From: Lytechinus pictus
Lineage: Eukaryota
Direction: 5' to 3'
Length of the DNA: 64,000 nt
Assembly: GCF_037042905.1 (NCBI RefSeq)
Contig: NC_087260.1
Location: 10,788,001 to 10,852,000, forward strand
In this document: positions 37,573-48,712 of the stretch, piece after piece
Layout of the letters: each line of letters begins with the position of its first letter
Numbering within the stretch: the stretch's first letter is position 1
Made by a program: the position numbers and the translations under genes
The notes under the pieces: model-generated
Seen by the model: only the letters and a program-made list of their open reading frames with translations
What the model was told of the DNA's origin: nothing
The model's database searches: none

Positions 37573-40500
37573 GCTAAATACTTCAGTATCTACTTTAGAT
37601 CGTGCATGAACAACATTTCTTTACCACGATTTACCTGTAATCAGTGTGACAAGACAGATCGCTGAAAAGCTTTTTAAGAAATAGGACCGCTAAAAAACAG
37701 TGACGCATGAAATAGTGATGCACCCATAGAGTTAACTCTATGGATGCACCCCACACGTGCACACACCCATCAAAAAAGAAACCCACACATATACACCCAC
37801 GCACACGGGCGGCACACACACACAGCACAGTTGCCAACCTGCATGGCTCACCTGTTATTGTAAGCAATACTCTTTAGATCCAGGACCGCAAGGATGGCCA
37901 GGGCTGTAATCGGGACCAGGACCAGCAACAGCATCTTGCCCAGCTGGATCTGCTTGCCGCGGTGCGTCAACGGGTTCACCTGACACTTCCTGATGTCGTT
38001 TGGTCGTAGCAACAGGTTTCGTACGACATCGTCGACCTTGGGGGGAAAGAACGGTTAATGACTAGTCTAGTAAACAGGATACAAGAGCACGACGTCATCA
38101 TTCACAACAACTTGTATCTATGGAAACTGATTCTTATTAGTGTCAATAAAGGGCGGATCCAGGATTTTCCAGGGAGGGGAGGGGGTGTTTATTCGCGAAT
38201 GATGTCATTTATGTAACGAAGTATTTGACAAGAAAGAAGAAAAAACTTCACTTGCGGATGCATAACAACATTTTACACTATTTTTGATGCCTCTCAATGG
38301 GGGATGGGAGGCGGCACGGGAGGATGTACCCCACCTGGATCCACCATTGGTGTCAATATACTGAGAACATGAATGTAAAACCACAATCATATTTTCAATC
38401 GATCTACAAAGGTCTAGCTATCTTTTTTTCCCTGAAATCCAAATTCAATACTTAAACAAAAATTCTTCTCTCTCCAATATTCCTTCATCAGAAGGGCCTA
38501 TTCAGCTTATGTGAATATCTGACTTTTACATTTTTCTGGTTTCATCATTAATTTTCTGAATATAATTTCGCATTTATTTATCTGCTACCATGTATCCAAA
38601 CAAAGTTATTATTCGATACGAAATATGATACAGGTATCAGTGGGGCAGCAGAGGATATAGGGGCGGACCACTCCCGGTGAGAAAAAAATGAAAATACAAA
38701 AAACGCACCCTGGCGTCAAATTTTTGGCTTGATCTCTCAAAATGACTTTGTTTTTATCACAAAATGTTGGAGAAAAGTGGGCCCCGTGTGCCCCCGTCTG
38801 GTTGATCCTTGACCGCGACTGACAGGAACGTTGTGCATTTTGTTACTGTTAATGTGCAGTTGTCAAGCGGGGCGCAATTAAGGGGCGTACGCCCCCTCTA
38901 TATTTTGAGAATTGCCCGATGAAAATACATGTCAATGTAGCTAAGATAAGAAAGTTTAAAAAATATGCGATAATAATATGCAAGGACTGAAAATATATCT
39001 AGCGCTTAATGCAATGTTTTTAAGCGCTGCATGCTATTGCCACGGCTTTAGCACGGTTCCTCATATCGGGCACTCGGGCATTCAAGGAAATGCTTCCTAC
39101 TGGTAGGCCCCTACCCAGTGGCGTACAGTGGGTCACGGCGGGGGGGGGGGGGGCACTAGCAAAAACCTTTGAGTCACGAAGTGGATGCGCGAAGCGCGGC
39201 CGATTGCCAGGTATACTGACCTAATAGAGACATTTTGAGGACTGTGCCATTAAACGGATATGCATCTTACTTATCAAATTATGCGAGCTGTAAATTTTTG
39301 TGTTCAGACCTAAATTATAAGCAAATTTTTGTAATCATGATACGTACCTCTCTCACAAAACAAATAAATCTAGCGCGTAGCGCGAGCTAAATTTTTGTGT
39401 ATATATTGACCCTAAACATGGACATTTTAAGGACTATTTTTAGGAATTCGTGAAGAGCATACATATCTCACCATAGTCATCTAATGCGAGCGCCTTGCAA
39501 GCGCTTGCTGATTTTCGTTAGAATTACACCTAACCCATGAAACACTTGTATTCATGAACATGATGCATATCTCACTAATCAATTATTACGAGCGCGAAGC
39601 GCGAGCTGAACATTATCGAAATTCAGCCCTGAAGAGGGGCTTCTAAGGCTTGTTTATAGGAACTCACTAAGACCATACGTATTTCACTAACCAAATGATG
39701 CGAGCTCGAAGTGCGAGCTGAATTTTTTTTGATATTCTGACTAGAAAAGGGATATTTTAAGGACTGTTTTTATGAATTCGTGAAGAGCAGCCATATCTCG
39801 CCAGTCAACTAATGCGAACGTAAGCACGGACTGGAAATGTTTTATATTCAGACCTTCAAAGGGGACAATCACTTTAAATATATAGTAATGGAAAAAACAC
39901 ATGTCACTACCTAAAACAATAGTAACTCGAAGTGCAAGGAAATATATTTGTTGTATATTTACTTGAAAACGGGAAGTTTTAGTATACAAAATTAGAACTT
40001 ACCAAAATGATGAACACATAGGCCCTATATACATCCTAAGCAAATTATCTTTCATAAAGTGATGAAAGAAATATTTCTTATATAATATGGTATGTATAAT
40101 ATAATATAACATAATATGATATATATACAATAAATTCTTCTTCCCCCACTACGTTTCTCTTTTTTTCTCCTTTTCCTCCGGCTATTTATTTAATTTTTTG
40201 GCCAGCCGATGGAAGGGGGGGGGGGGCACGTGCCCCCGTAGTTACGCCATTGCCCCTACCCATTTACTACACTTGGGTGGAGAGTGAAAGATGTAGATAA
40301 ACGCCCTGCAAATGATGTGAGTGCTACGTTGGGATTCTATAGCCCCGGACGTTGTAGTTTAAAATCTGAGACTTATCCACTGAGCCACAACACCCCTATA
40401 CAACCTGCGCCCCTCTCTTTTTCAAATTGGTTATTTGAGCCCCCTCTGATTCAACTCCTAGATACTCCACTAATTGTCCACAACGTCACATATTGGTATC

Positions 40501-41248
40501 TGAACGTTATCTACGAATTTCAAGCAAATTTTGAACTATCTTATAAAAACAACAACATACTATTGCAACATTTAATCAGTGAATTAAATGATAAAATGGC
40601 GACATAATTACGGGGGTAGTTTGATTGATTGATTGATTCATTCATTCATTTATTTCCACACTTCTTAAAAAGAACAATGCAAACAATGTAAAGATGGTAT
40701 TACAGAATACAGTACAATATATACATATGAATATTCCAATGCATAAAGAAAACATACACTACACGAAACAATAAACCAAAATCTGAACAATACTTAAAAC
40801 AGACAAGAAGAGAAACAGTATACGTAAATGTAGGGGATCATTTAAAAAGTTAAAGACTTATAACATAATTGACTGCGTTGAATATAGTTGAATATAAACA
40901 GGGTAAAATAACATTGCAAATGCGTAAATCAAATTCGTCGTCTCATCTGTTTCAGCTCTTTGTGGTATTTTCTGAGTATACACAATCTCAATCACGCAAT
41001 CATTTCAAGCTATTATTATAATTATCAGCTAATTGCAACATCTCATAATTATTTGAGAAGAGAAATCGAAAAAAAAAACACAAATGAAAAAGGTGTGAAA
41101 TAGCAAAAAAAAAGATAAAACAAGAATTAGAACTTACCGCCGAGAGCGACCCAAAGGAGGTCCGTCGATATCGTTCCTCTTCAACATGGTCCACGTTGTT
41201 GCTATTGGCAACAGTGACCGGCATTTTGTTTTTGTCTTTTGTTAGCAT
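8453..41248 (-). CDS. Transmembrane NIT-domain guanylyl cyclase (NIT-GC), 13 exons, ~679 aa
   Basis: Exons 5'->3' on minus: 41248-41138, 38036-37852, 36114-35907, 35290-35044, 34686-34547, 33249-33118, 32698-32483, 30717-30538, 12177-12072, 10826-10692, 10219-10121, 9112-9021, 8641-8453. All introns are GT-AG, phases join, total 2040 nt ending in TGA. Protein order: TM1 ([19 protein letters not shown]), NIT-like motifs [11 protein letters not shown] and [11 protein letters not shown]2 ([17 protein letters not shown]), signalling helix ([22 protein letters not shown]), class III cyclase motifs [54 protein letters not shown]. Confidence 0.9.
9351..9576. mobile_element. hAT-type MITE with 8-bp TSD
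   Basis: GGCACCAT|CACTAGCGTACC ... GGTACGCCACTG-GCCCGGG-GCCACTG|GGCACCAT; the right terminus is partly duplicated. Confidence 0.65.
9585..10110. repeat. CAT/CAC trinucleotide low-complexity tract
   Basis: (CAT/CAC)n. Similar tracts lie at 11745-12070, 33405-33745, 44865-45335 and 61915-62355. Confidence 0.9.
11808..11988. other. Assembly gap (N)
   Basis: N run; other gaps are at 36349-36479 and 62155-62284. Confidence 1.
12602..12961 (+). CDS. THAP zinc-finger exon of the Kolobok transposase
   Basis: C2CH THAP signature (CQAFGC, FFSIP, W, VCEDHF, AVPTLF) followed by donor GAG|gtaagc. Confidence 0.9.
12602..22011 (+). CDS. Kolobok transposase with N-terminal THAP domain, 8 exons, ~976 aa
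   Basis: Exons 12602-12961 (THAP: MPMCQAFGC...W...VCEDHF...[10 protein letters not shown]), 14731-14886, 17278-17370 ([12 protein letters not shown]), 17749-18030, 18331-18435, 19011-19145, 19831-19983, 20365-22011. All are phase-0 GT-AG joins with no stops. The last exon has a CxxC zinc motif and the catalytic motifs [27 protein letters not shown] and [10 protein letters not shown]. The internal linker exons are less certain than the first and last. Confidence 0.85.
14987..15134. mobile_element. Internally deleted Kolobok MITE (148 bp)
   Basis: TTTA|AGGTCAGGTCCACC ... GGTGGACTTGTCCT|TTTA; internal pieces match the ends of the 16379 MITE. Confidence 0.7.
16379..16982. mobile_element. Non-autonomous Kolobok MITE nested in transposase intron 2
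   Basis: TTAA|AGGCCAAGTCCACCC ... GGGTGGACTTGGCCT|TTAA, with long (~200 bp) imperfect internal inverted arms. The left end nearly matches the autonomous left end. Confidence 0.88.
20365..22011 (+). CDS. Catalytic DDE exon of the Kolobok transposase
   Basis: Within the uninterrupted 550-aa ORF 20359-22011. Acceptor ttttatgcag ends at 20364. Motifs DGRCDSPG / TDRH / DVWH / ELESFH. Confidence 0.92.
   Translation, partial: QAAWKGKNTTDSDFSPPRAPHRRSSSSPTPPSSDSASGSNKDPSYIPSPQASSSSDPDEETWMKYCTDPKYIVFGSQLDRLLHSLQCTKCSGGHISEIQKKVQGSMLTATVLCVCGNIVTRWESHPVIGSASVGNLLCSSSALFSGLSFESLDFFSSVLNMEFVGRTQFFDYQDKYFNAAINSAFKSNLSEARIEVSNSGAPLTVCGDGRCDSPGYNAKYCSYTMMEAKTSKIVAMNLVQVSEATSSNAMEKIGFQRALDGLLEAGLNIGTVATDRHLGIRKLMKERYPNIDHQYDVWHVKKSVTKKLVAKTKHKECGDLLPWTKCITTHLWWCAANCREDREMIVEMWQSLTHHICDVHSWNSADKYHRCAHDELDPQRKFKWLTPGSAAHKALQEILFDKNLTDAIGHITKACHTGELESFHNMLLKYCPKRKHYHYAGMQARLQLAVLDHNHNTARKPAVIKKGPRKGEQKVALKYSKRTKEWVAKLMKEKKDYSYLVEILENILKMRSGEIEVETVVLPELPKNVAPTPRPSKEEVMARKYTRF
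23403..23590. repeat. 59-bp tandem repeat, ~3.2 copies
   Basis: Units start at 23403, 23462, 23521 and 23580 (ATTTGATGTGTAAAGATAGTTGTACATATTCATTATTGGATTTAGCATGTGACATCAGC). Confidence 0.92.
23668..24005 (+). mobile_element. Left fragment of a piggyBac-like non-autonomous element nested in the Kolobok
   Basis: TTAA|CCCTAATT start; the body is colinear with ~62700-62980. Confidence 0.6.
25440..26120. repeat. Polypyrimidine low-complexity degenerate repeat
   Basis: Recurrent CTCTTGCTTTCTTCCATCCC-like units. Confidence 0.7.
26733..26942. repeat. Near-perfect 210-bp palindrome
   Basis: CATTGCTAGATTTCCACAGCTG...TACATACAT-C-ATGTATGTA...CAGCTGTGGAAATCTAGCAATG; ~105-bp arms, 1-nt centre at 26838, differences only in a T/A tract. 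Confidence 0.95.
27407..27735. repeat. ~150-bp tandem duplication in the KolX 3' region
   Basis: GGCAGAAAAAGGGG...GACTACATCATAACCTACATTATTCCACTGTATATCATTCAAGTC...TGGGTAAAACAA occurs twice. Confidence 0.8.
27793..29006 (-). CDS. KolX accessory protein (P2X7 cytoplasmic-ballast/ZCD-like Cys-rich domain), 2 exons, 197 aa
   Basis: Exons 29006-28612 and 27991-27793, phase-2 GT-AG intron, TAG stop. Motifs [21 protein letters not shown] and YRYASYRLF...[30 protein letters not shown] resemble the P2X7 C-terminal ballast/nanor-like domain. Confidence 0.87.
29606..29624 (-). promoter_or_regulatory. Putative Staf/ZNF143 site in the CpG-rich KolX promoter
   Basis: Minus strand TACCCCACAATGCATTGCG matches the Staf consensus core CCCANAATGCAYYGCG. 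An ETS-like CGGAAGT (~29551) and a CRE-like half site (~29586) are nearby. Confidence 0.4.
30298..30400 (-). pseudogene. Degenerate tandem copy of the 3' half of NIT-GC exon 8 (pseudo-exon)
   Basis: Minus-strand ...TTTGTCAACATCGCCGGCTCCAGTCGGTTTTGAGGACGAATCAGCTCCCCGATGGAG|gtaac aligns with exon 8 ...TTTGCCGACATCGCCGGTTTCAGTCGGCTCTGTGGACGAAGCGCCCCGATGGAG|gtaaa. The copy has an in-frame TGA and a frameshift. Confidence 0.75.
31116..32450. repeat. 55-bp minisatellite with 273-bp higher-order period (NIT-GC intron 7)
   Basis: Unit TTTGAACACTCACACCGTGGACACACTGTGTGACACTCTGAAGCTTTGAACACAC, about 20+ copies, decaying towards 32450. Confidence 0.93.
33405..33745. repeat. GAT trinucleotide tract
   Basis: (GAT/GAC/GGT)n; it accounts for the poly-D/H/M/I ORFs. 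Confidence 0.9.
36500..37095. mobile_element. Non-autonomous Kolobok MITE, second copy of the 16379 family (NIT-GC intron 2)
   Basis: TTAA|AGGTCAAATCCACCCC ... GGGGTGGACTTGTCCT|TAAA; colinear and highly similar to 16379-16982. Confidence 0.87.
38995..40397 (-). mobile_element. Degraded tRNA-derived SINE split by the hAT element
   Basis: The halves ~38995-39115 and 40253-40397 join into a sequence similar to 44468-44822 (CCCATTTACTACACTTGGGTGGAGAGTG...GGGATTC...CCACTGAGCCAC). Confidence 0.6.
39116..40252. mobile_element. Non-autonomous hAT element inserted into a SINE
   Basis: CCCCTACC|CAGTGGCGTA ... TACGCCATTG|CCCCTACC (8-bp TSD); internal GCGCGAAGCGCG repeats. A related partial copy lies at ~56860-57745. 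Confidence 0.8.
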
Positions 41249-41298
41249 CCAAAAATCATCCCAATGAATCGTAAATGCAGGTGTTAGTGATGTCCCTC

Positions 41299-41306
41299 TA
41301 TTTATA
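41299..41306 (-). promoter_or_regulatory. Putative TATA box of NIT-GC
   Basis: TATAAATA on the minus strand about 50 bp upstream of the predicted ATG at 41248. Confidence 0.45.
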
Positions 41307-43594
41307 ACCTCGTCCCAGAAGAAAGGAGATTCTATGCAATAGCCATCGGTACTAAATTAATGAGGAATAATTTGTTCTCAAAACCAATAAAATCCTAATA
41401 AAATGCAGGTTTTTTTCATCAAGTGGTTTCCGTTTAAAATCTCATATCACGAAGTAGAGCAAAGGGAGTTTCTGGAATGTTCTCACCATTACAAATTTAA
41501 TGATGAATATTCTGTTGTTGTCAACATCAATTGTAAAGCCAAATTAAAAGCAGATTTTTCTTCATGTAGTAATGTCCGTTTATGACTTCATTCACGAATC
41601 GGAGAAACAAGAGTTTCAATAATTACCCAACCGCTACTGGTTATTGTTCTCAACATCATACGTCAACATACGTGTATGTAAAATAGATAGGTTTTTCTCC
41701 GTGAGGGATTTCCATTTATGGCCTCATTCACGAAGCGGAGAAAAAAGAGATTCTAGAATGTTCCCATCTTGTAATGTTCTCACCGCTACTATTCGACCCA
41801 AGATGGTTGATAAAGTCACAATAATAAACAAAGATTATTCTAACATGAGTCGCTACGATTTAAAGATATAGGCCTCAATGATGATTTGTGTGTATGCTTT
41901 CTTTGGAATTCAAGGAAATAAACTCGGGTAAATTAAAAAAAAAGATATGCATGTAGATGTATTGTCACATTTCATTTGACTGATGAATGAATAATTGTTG
42001 AAGTTCAAACGCAATTTCCGCCATAAATTTGATGTTTCACCTAGGTTATTACATGAAAGTGTGTTCCGCAGTTCCGGGATTATAACACGATTTTATCAGT
42101 AAGTTTTTCAAAAAAATTGACATCTTTAACGAACAAGATAAATCACTTTTGTTTCACGAATAGAGCCTCAAAAGAATAATCTTAAGTCTCAAAATTTCAT
42201 GGCTTAAAAAACCGTGAAAGTTGTCATTCGTTACAAAAGCAATGGGTGATCCTCTTGTAGGCATATTACCTTAATCCATTTAAAATAGACCGGTAATAAG
42301 TAAAAGTTATTTATTGACTGGCAGAAGAAACTACTCTCCAGACTCCAGAGTCGCGAAAATATTTTGTAAAGAAGTGTTATGTCTGTGGATCCGCCATCTT
42401 GGATTGAGACGCAGTGATGACGAAGTGACTTCCTCAAAGCTACAGGATGTAAACTGCAATTTGTACTCGAAATCACGAATTGTTTAACAAAAATATCACT
42501 CATGAAATGAACGTTAAATGCAGCATATCGAAATCCCTCGATGGCATATAGGGCAAAAAGAAGCTAATTTGTTGATGAAAATTCCACGACTCGTGCAGTA
42601 TTGAGCGATCTTAGAAAAGAATCACGTTTTCTCGTCTTCAGCAGATGAAAATGGTCAGACACAAGGGATAAATATCGAACAAAACTCCAGAAGATGTTCA
42701 TGCGTAGTTTAAAAAAAATACTACGATAGAAAGGCGATTTATGGACCAAATAAAAACGAAACTCAAGCGGATGAAGTGGTTTAAAACATCAACCTATGAG
42801 TTTTCCTTTTTTGCAAAGATGACGACGTCTGAAAGGAATAACATGGGAAAGGAACGTGATACGCTAACGCTGTCAAGAGAATCTTTCTTTACCTTTGCGT
42901 GACGACTTTAAGGTTTCGCAATACTCAAGAAAATAATAAGAAACGACTCGCTGCGAAAGAAACAATCTTGCTCCTGCTCATCAATTAGATGGAGATTAAA
43001 GAAATGTTTACGCGATAATTTTATAGGCCTACACATACCAATAGCATAAAGCAAGCAATCTCTGGAGTATTCCTCCGTAATATTGTCCTTTTAAAACAGA
43101 AGTACTTGGATTTACCACTTTTCCCCTCGTATTTAATTTCAAGGATTAAAAAAAATCTAGATCCGCTGCGAATAGTGAAAGCCGAACATGCGATTTTATT
43201 TTAAACCGTGCGGATTCGAATTCAAAGCTAATTCAAAACTTTTGAGATTTTAGAATTAATCTTTAGGATTAAGAATAAATTCAATGTTCGGTTAATCACT
43301 TTTGATAGCCAATCTGGAGTTATACTTATTCCTTGAGATTTAGAGTGAAGATTTAATATGCTTCTACGGGCTATGCTTTCACCAATCGCACGCATCTATG
43401 AATTTGCCGTATAGTAATTTGAATTCAATATATTATTTCCTATTTTCTTGTTCTAATTTTATTTTCGTTTTCCTTCTTCTTGATTTTTTTTGTTAGGAGT
43501 CTAGGTTTGCTCATATAAATACATACAGAGTCGGATAATTTGAAAGGGGAAAGGTAAAGGCAACGTCATTCGATGGGTCGCAGAACGGTTTGTA

Positions 43595-43812
43595 CACTGT
43601 AAAAACTGTGGTGTTAAAACTGACACCAGTTGGTGTTAATAGAGGACCACATCCCGAGGTGTTAAAAGTACACCCTAGAGATTGAACATAACACCAAATA
43701 TAAATGTAATAACACCTATAGGTGTTAAACTAACACCATCAATTTAACACCGGTTTAAAATAACTGGTGTGGTCCTCTATGTACACCGGTTAACACCACA
43801 GTTTTTGTTGTG
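43595..43812. mobile_element. CACTA/EnSpm-like MITE
   Basis: TA|CACTGTAAAAACTGTGGTGTTAA ... TTAACACCACAGTTTTTGTTGTG|TA, with subterminal GGTGTTAA/AACACC repeats. Confidence 0.65.
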
Positions 43813-44467
43813 TAGGTGCGGGAGAGGGGGGGGGGTACTGAAAGAGATAGCAATTTTCAATTTTTAGTACATGTTTACTGAGAGAAGTGGGGGCTGAAGC
43901 CCAGACCCCCCTCCCCGTTTCCGCGGCCCTTGCGTGCAACGGAACCCATGAAATGCTCACATTATTAATCTGCCAGTGGGCGGATTCGTTGTTCAGAAAC
44001 CTTGTATTTTCGGTGCATGTGAACACTTCCTTGCGATCATTTTGTATGGTTTCGTTCTTAATCATAGTTTCCATGGCGATTGAAGAGGTTATTTATTTTT
44101 GAACAATGAACACGTACATATAGGGAATAATATTTACATGGTAACTTTTTTTTCCATTAGAACAGCGGATCTAAGATTTTGGAGAGTCGATTCCAAAAAA
44201 ATATAAGTTGCTACAAATGTAGGGTGATGTAAAGTTTATGTAAAACGAAAGATGCATTGAAATTTATAATCATTTATACCCTCCTTTCTACTAAAGGCAA
44301 GAGGAACTATTTCCTAGGTATATTTTGTGTAGTGATTATATATAAAGATGAATGATCGAGTTTAACCAAGGCTTCTGTATGCCCGTAATTCTTTGATTTT
44401 CTTTGAAGTCATTGTTGCTGTTCTTAACGATTTCTTTAAAATGTTTTACATATGGATATCAAGAATT

Positions 44468-44822
44468 AATAATAATAATAATAATAGCCAATTTTTATAT
44501 AGCGCATTTCCCAGAATGGCTCAAAGCGCGTTACAGCTTATTATTACCCCGGTCATTGGGTTCATTTCAATCCCGCACGAAAAGTGCACAATTTCCACTC
44601 CCTGGGGAGCATTCCTTGCATTCATCGCAGCCTCATTTGGCGCTGGCAAATTCAAACATACAATATCTTTCGCATCCTACCGGGTACCCATTTAGTACCT
44701 GGGTCGAGAGTGGCAAAGTGTGGATTAACGCCTTGCCAAAGGACGCTAGACCGCGGTGGGATTCGAACACACGACCCTCTGTTTATAAGGCGAGAGTCAG
44801 AACCACTACACCACGGCTCTTC
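44468..44822 (-). mobile_element. tRNA-derived SINE
   Basis: The minus strand begins GAGCCGTGGTGTAGTGG (A box) ... GTTCGAATCCC (B box) and ends GCGCTATATAAAAATTGGC followed by a (TAT)n tail. Confidence 0.8.
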
Positions 44823-44864
44823 CACAATTGAAATACATGTATATCAACAAATGATATATCAATT

Positions 44865-45335
44865 TCATTATCGTCATCGTTTCTATCACCGTCATTCCCC
44901 GTCAAATTCATTGTCACTGCCATCATCATCGTAGTCACCATCATCAATACCATCACCGTCGTCATCACCATCATCGTCACCCCATCACCACGCCCACCAC
45001 CACCATCACCATCATCATCACCATCATCATCGTCATCTTTATCATCATCCATCATTATCATTAACGTCATTGTCACCATTATCACCATCATTATAAGCAT
45101 CATCGACACTACCACCATCAATTATCAATATCATCATCCACATCACCAATATCACCATCATTGTCATCATCATCATTACTATCAATATCATCATCAACAT
45201 CACTTTCAATATCATCATCATCATCATCTTCATCATCATCCATCATTATCATTAACGTCATTATCACCATCATCATCCATCATTATGACCGTTACTGTCG
45301 TCATCAACGCCATCATCAATAACATGGTCATCATT
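44865..45335. repeat. CAT trinucleotide tract
   Basis: Degenerate (CAT)n. Confidence 0.9.
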
Positions 45336-46415
45336 ACTAATTATCACTATGTTATCAGGAATCTAAGGAAAACTTAAAATTAAAAAGAAAACAAAGTATC
45401 AATTAAATTAAAATTCAGTTTTTTCATGGTCATTCAGAATACAATTTATTCACGACAGGCAATAGATAAAAGTCAATCAATATATCATTTATTTTCACAC
45501 AAAGACACCTCATAAATACACCAAAATTAATGAAGTAATTTAATTCCACAAATCTAAAGTAAAATGATGATTTTTTTTCAAGCTTATCAAACGTATAGGA
45601 TCTATATTACCTTCCTCCTTCTCAATCACACCAGGTATAAGGATGAAATATGAAAAACTATTGAATGTTAGATACATTTATATCATATCAACAAGTGCTT
45701 GGAATTTTAAATTACAGAATTATTGTTTTTATTTCAAGCCGGACATCATGTGAGAGTCATAGAGAATCGCAAGAAGTTTTACAAGGTGCCATTTTCAAGA
45801 GTTAAACATTACTCTATCAATATAACACCAGTACAGCATTTGAGTTGATTAAGATCGCTATCTTTGTATATTGAATAGTTAAAAAATGTATATTTAATAG
45901 TTACAAATGGAGATTAATTCATAAGGGATGATTAATGTGATCAATCCTAGCTCTTAATGGGAGGGGGATTGAGGCATTACAATCGCAAAAAGGATTATGA
46001 ATTTTTATTTAATCACAACTATACAATAGTTATATTGGTTGAGTTCAATAGTTTAAGTGATGATTACCCTGTTATTCCAATGAAAAATTGAACCAAGACT
46101 CTAAGCCTAATATATATAGTCCATGACTAGGGTCTGGAATTGATATAGAATCGTGCAGCTTATACCAACAAAGATTTTTTTGTATTGCATTCATTTCAGG
46201 GGGTGCAATGTTTTTCATTGGTATGCTTTTAAAACTGAGTAACGGGCACCAAGATATTTTATTCAAATGAAAACAATTCATGTTGCCATAATTTGGAATC
46301 ATTAGAAAATGTAACTGTCTTCTCTCTTCAGGCACGATGCAAAGTTGCAGATAAAATAAGAGTAATGCTTTAAATTTTAATCAAGGAAGCTCATTTGACA
46401 TTTGCTCAATACCAG

Positions 46416-46680
46416 GGCCCCCGCCTTACAAAGAGTTACGATTGATCCAATCAACCATAACTATGGAAAGCCAGCAACATCAACATCTAAAATACACGTT
46501 TGTTCAAAATATTTTCTATATATAATGTATATTAACTATTTTCTTAACAATTCAGTATTCTTCTCTTTGTTTTCAAAGGACATTGTGCAAATTTCCAAAA
46601 GAAAAAAAATTATGTCATTGATGGATTTCCGCATACTTGAGGTTGATCGGTTCAATCATAACTCTTTGTAAGACGGGCCC
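46416..46680. mobile_element. Harbinger-like MITE
   Basis: CAG|GGCCCCCGCCTTACAAAGAGTTACGATTGA ... TCAATCATAACTCTTTGTAAGACGGGCCC|CAG. Confidence 0.65.
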
Positions 46681-48489
46681 CAGGTGAGTGGTAGCAGACG
46701 ATACATAGCAGCATGGGGGGGGGGGGAATCATTACCCCCCCCCCTCCCCCATGATATACTGCTCCTCTAAGTCTACATCCCTGCTCAATTGTTTGCACTA
46801 AACTAACCAGATTTAAAATTGTAATTAAAAACGTCAACATGTTACAAAGATCAAGTGAGAACAAATTGATACATAAAGTAAAAGAAATAGAAAATTCCAC
46901 TCATCAATGAAAATATGATTTGTAGCTTTTGACATGTAAAAGAAAGTAACACAGCATCATTACAATGAATCAATACACCAAAGAACAAATCATAAAGCAT
47001 TTGTCACAAGCATGATACGGACCCAAAATTAATATAATCAACAGTGTTTATAACAAGAACAGAAAATAAAAGCATTTTTACAACAAATCAAACAACCCCA
47101 AGAAATATCAAAACGAAGAGATGACAAATTTGCACAAGACAGAAAGCTCAATTCAACATTAAAGAGGAGCTTTGACGATTGAAAAAAAAAAATACACAGC
47201 AATATTAATGGTACATTAATAATTCATTAAACAATATGCAATATAGTATAAGAAAGGAACGATTATGTAAGACAAAAATATTCCTAAATGCAATCTCATC
47301 ATCTTAATGCATACTAATGCAACCATCATAGATCTGTTGATCAAAATTTGGAATGCAATATGCAAAAGTCTATATAAAGTTTATAAAACTTTTTGGTAAC
47401 AGTCACCTTTTTTAAAATGTTGCATATCCACTAAATGCAATCCAACTCCAATTTTTAAAACTTTTATTTAAATTAGGGTTTGAAAAAAGGTCAAATAGTT
47501 AACATAAAGGCTTGCTGTAAAAAGGTTTTAATTTTTTTCAAATTAAAAACAATTTGTTATCATTTCCCATGATTTACGGGATGCACGTCGTAAATCTTTT
47601 AAATAAAGGTTTGGCAATCGCCGAGCAAGACAGTGGGGTGATAAGTATATTCAAATTTAGTTCACTATAAATCTGCCACAAATCATTAATGGATTCATTC
47701 TTTGGCAACTCAAGTTGAAAGTGATTTCATATATTATAGTTTCTAAAAAAAACAAATACTTATAATCATTTTATTGAGAATATGCAATCTTCAGTATAAA
47801 AAATACTACCAAATTCTCCATGGCATCTTAAAAAAGAATAGCAGAACATACACATTGCTATTTACTGCATTAAAGTCTGATCTACTATGGGTGATTTCAA
47901 GTTTGGTGTTAACCAATGGCGTTTGTGTTGGGCTTATTTCTGCACCATCCAGAGCCCCAAAACCAAAATGTAGCTGGTGCTAGGACCGACATCATTAGGT
48001 GTTGAGCCAATAACAATGTCTTCAATATCATTTCTGTAAACCCACTTTGGTGTTGACCAAGATAGGGCAACCTAATTCACATACTCAATACTAGCACAGC
48101 ACTAACACAACACTAACACAAAATTTGAAATTACCCACTCTATAAATATTAAGCATATTGGGAAATAATCCTATTGGTCAAGCACCATTCTCTTAAGTAG
48201 CCTTCCTGTCGCACGATTACCCTGGAGAAAGTTTTTAGGTAAAAAAATGGAAGTGGCCAATCTTTAGTTTTTGACAGGGTTACTTATGTGATTGACAATG
48301 CTTCAACTTTGAAGCAACAAATATTTATTGTGACCCCCCCCCCCTCCTCCCTGCCAGAAGAGATACCACTTGTTGGGAAAAACCTCTAGTTTAACATCTC
48401 TCTCTTGTCTAATCTCTGACACATAGCCTGTATCATGGAATGTGAAATTATAACTATGCATGTTAAATTCAATAACTATGTGCAACAAA

Positions 48490-48712
48490 TACAAAATTTC
48501 TAAGTGCTGCATACTATTATCCCTGCTTAAGCAAGGCTACCCTGATAAGCCCAAGCATTCAAGGAATCTCCTCCTACCATGTACCCATTTACTACACCTG
48601 GGTGGAGAGTGGCAAATGTCGATTAAATGCCTTATTGAAGGACAGGAGTTCTGCAGTGGGATTTGAACCATGAACCTTGTGGTTCAAAGTCCAGAGACCT
48701 ATCCATTGAGTT
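48490..48712 (-). mobile_element. Degraded SINE copy
   Basis: TACCCATTTACTACACCTGGGTGGAGAGTGGCAAATG...GTGGGATTTGAACC matches the 44468 SINE. Confidence 0.6.

Noticed and set aside
42030-43400. CpG-rich stretch with CCGCCATCTTGG (YY1-like) as a discrete transposon or promoter
   Set aside because: No termini, TSD or linked exon could be defined by eye.
44740-44822. tRNA gene
   Set aside because: The A/B boxes continue into a SINE body and a (TAT)n tail, and other degraded copies are present.
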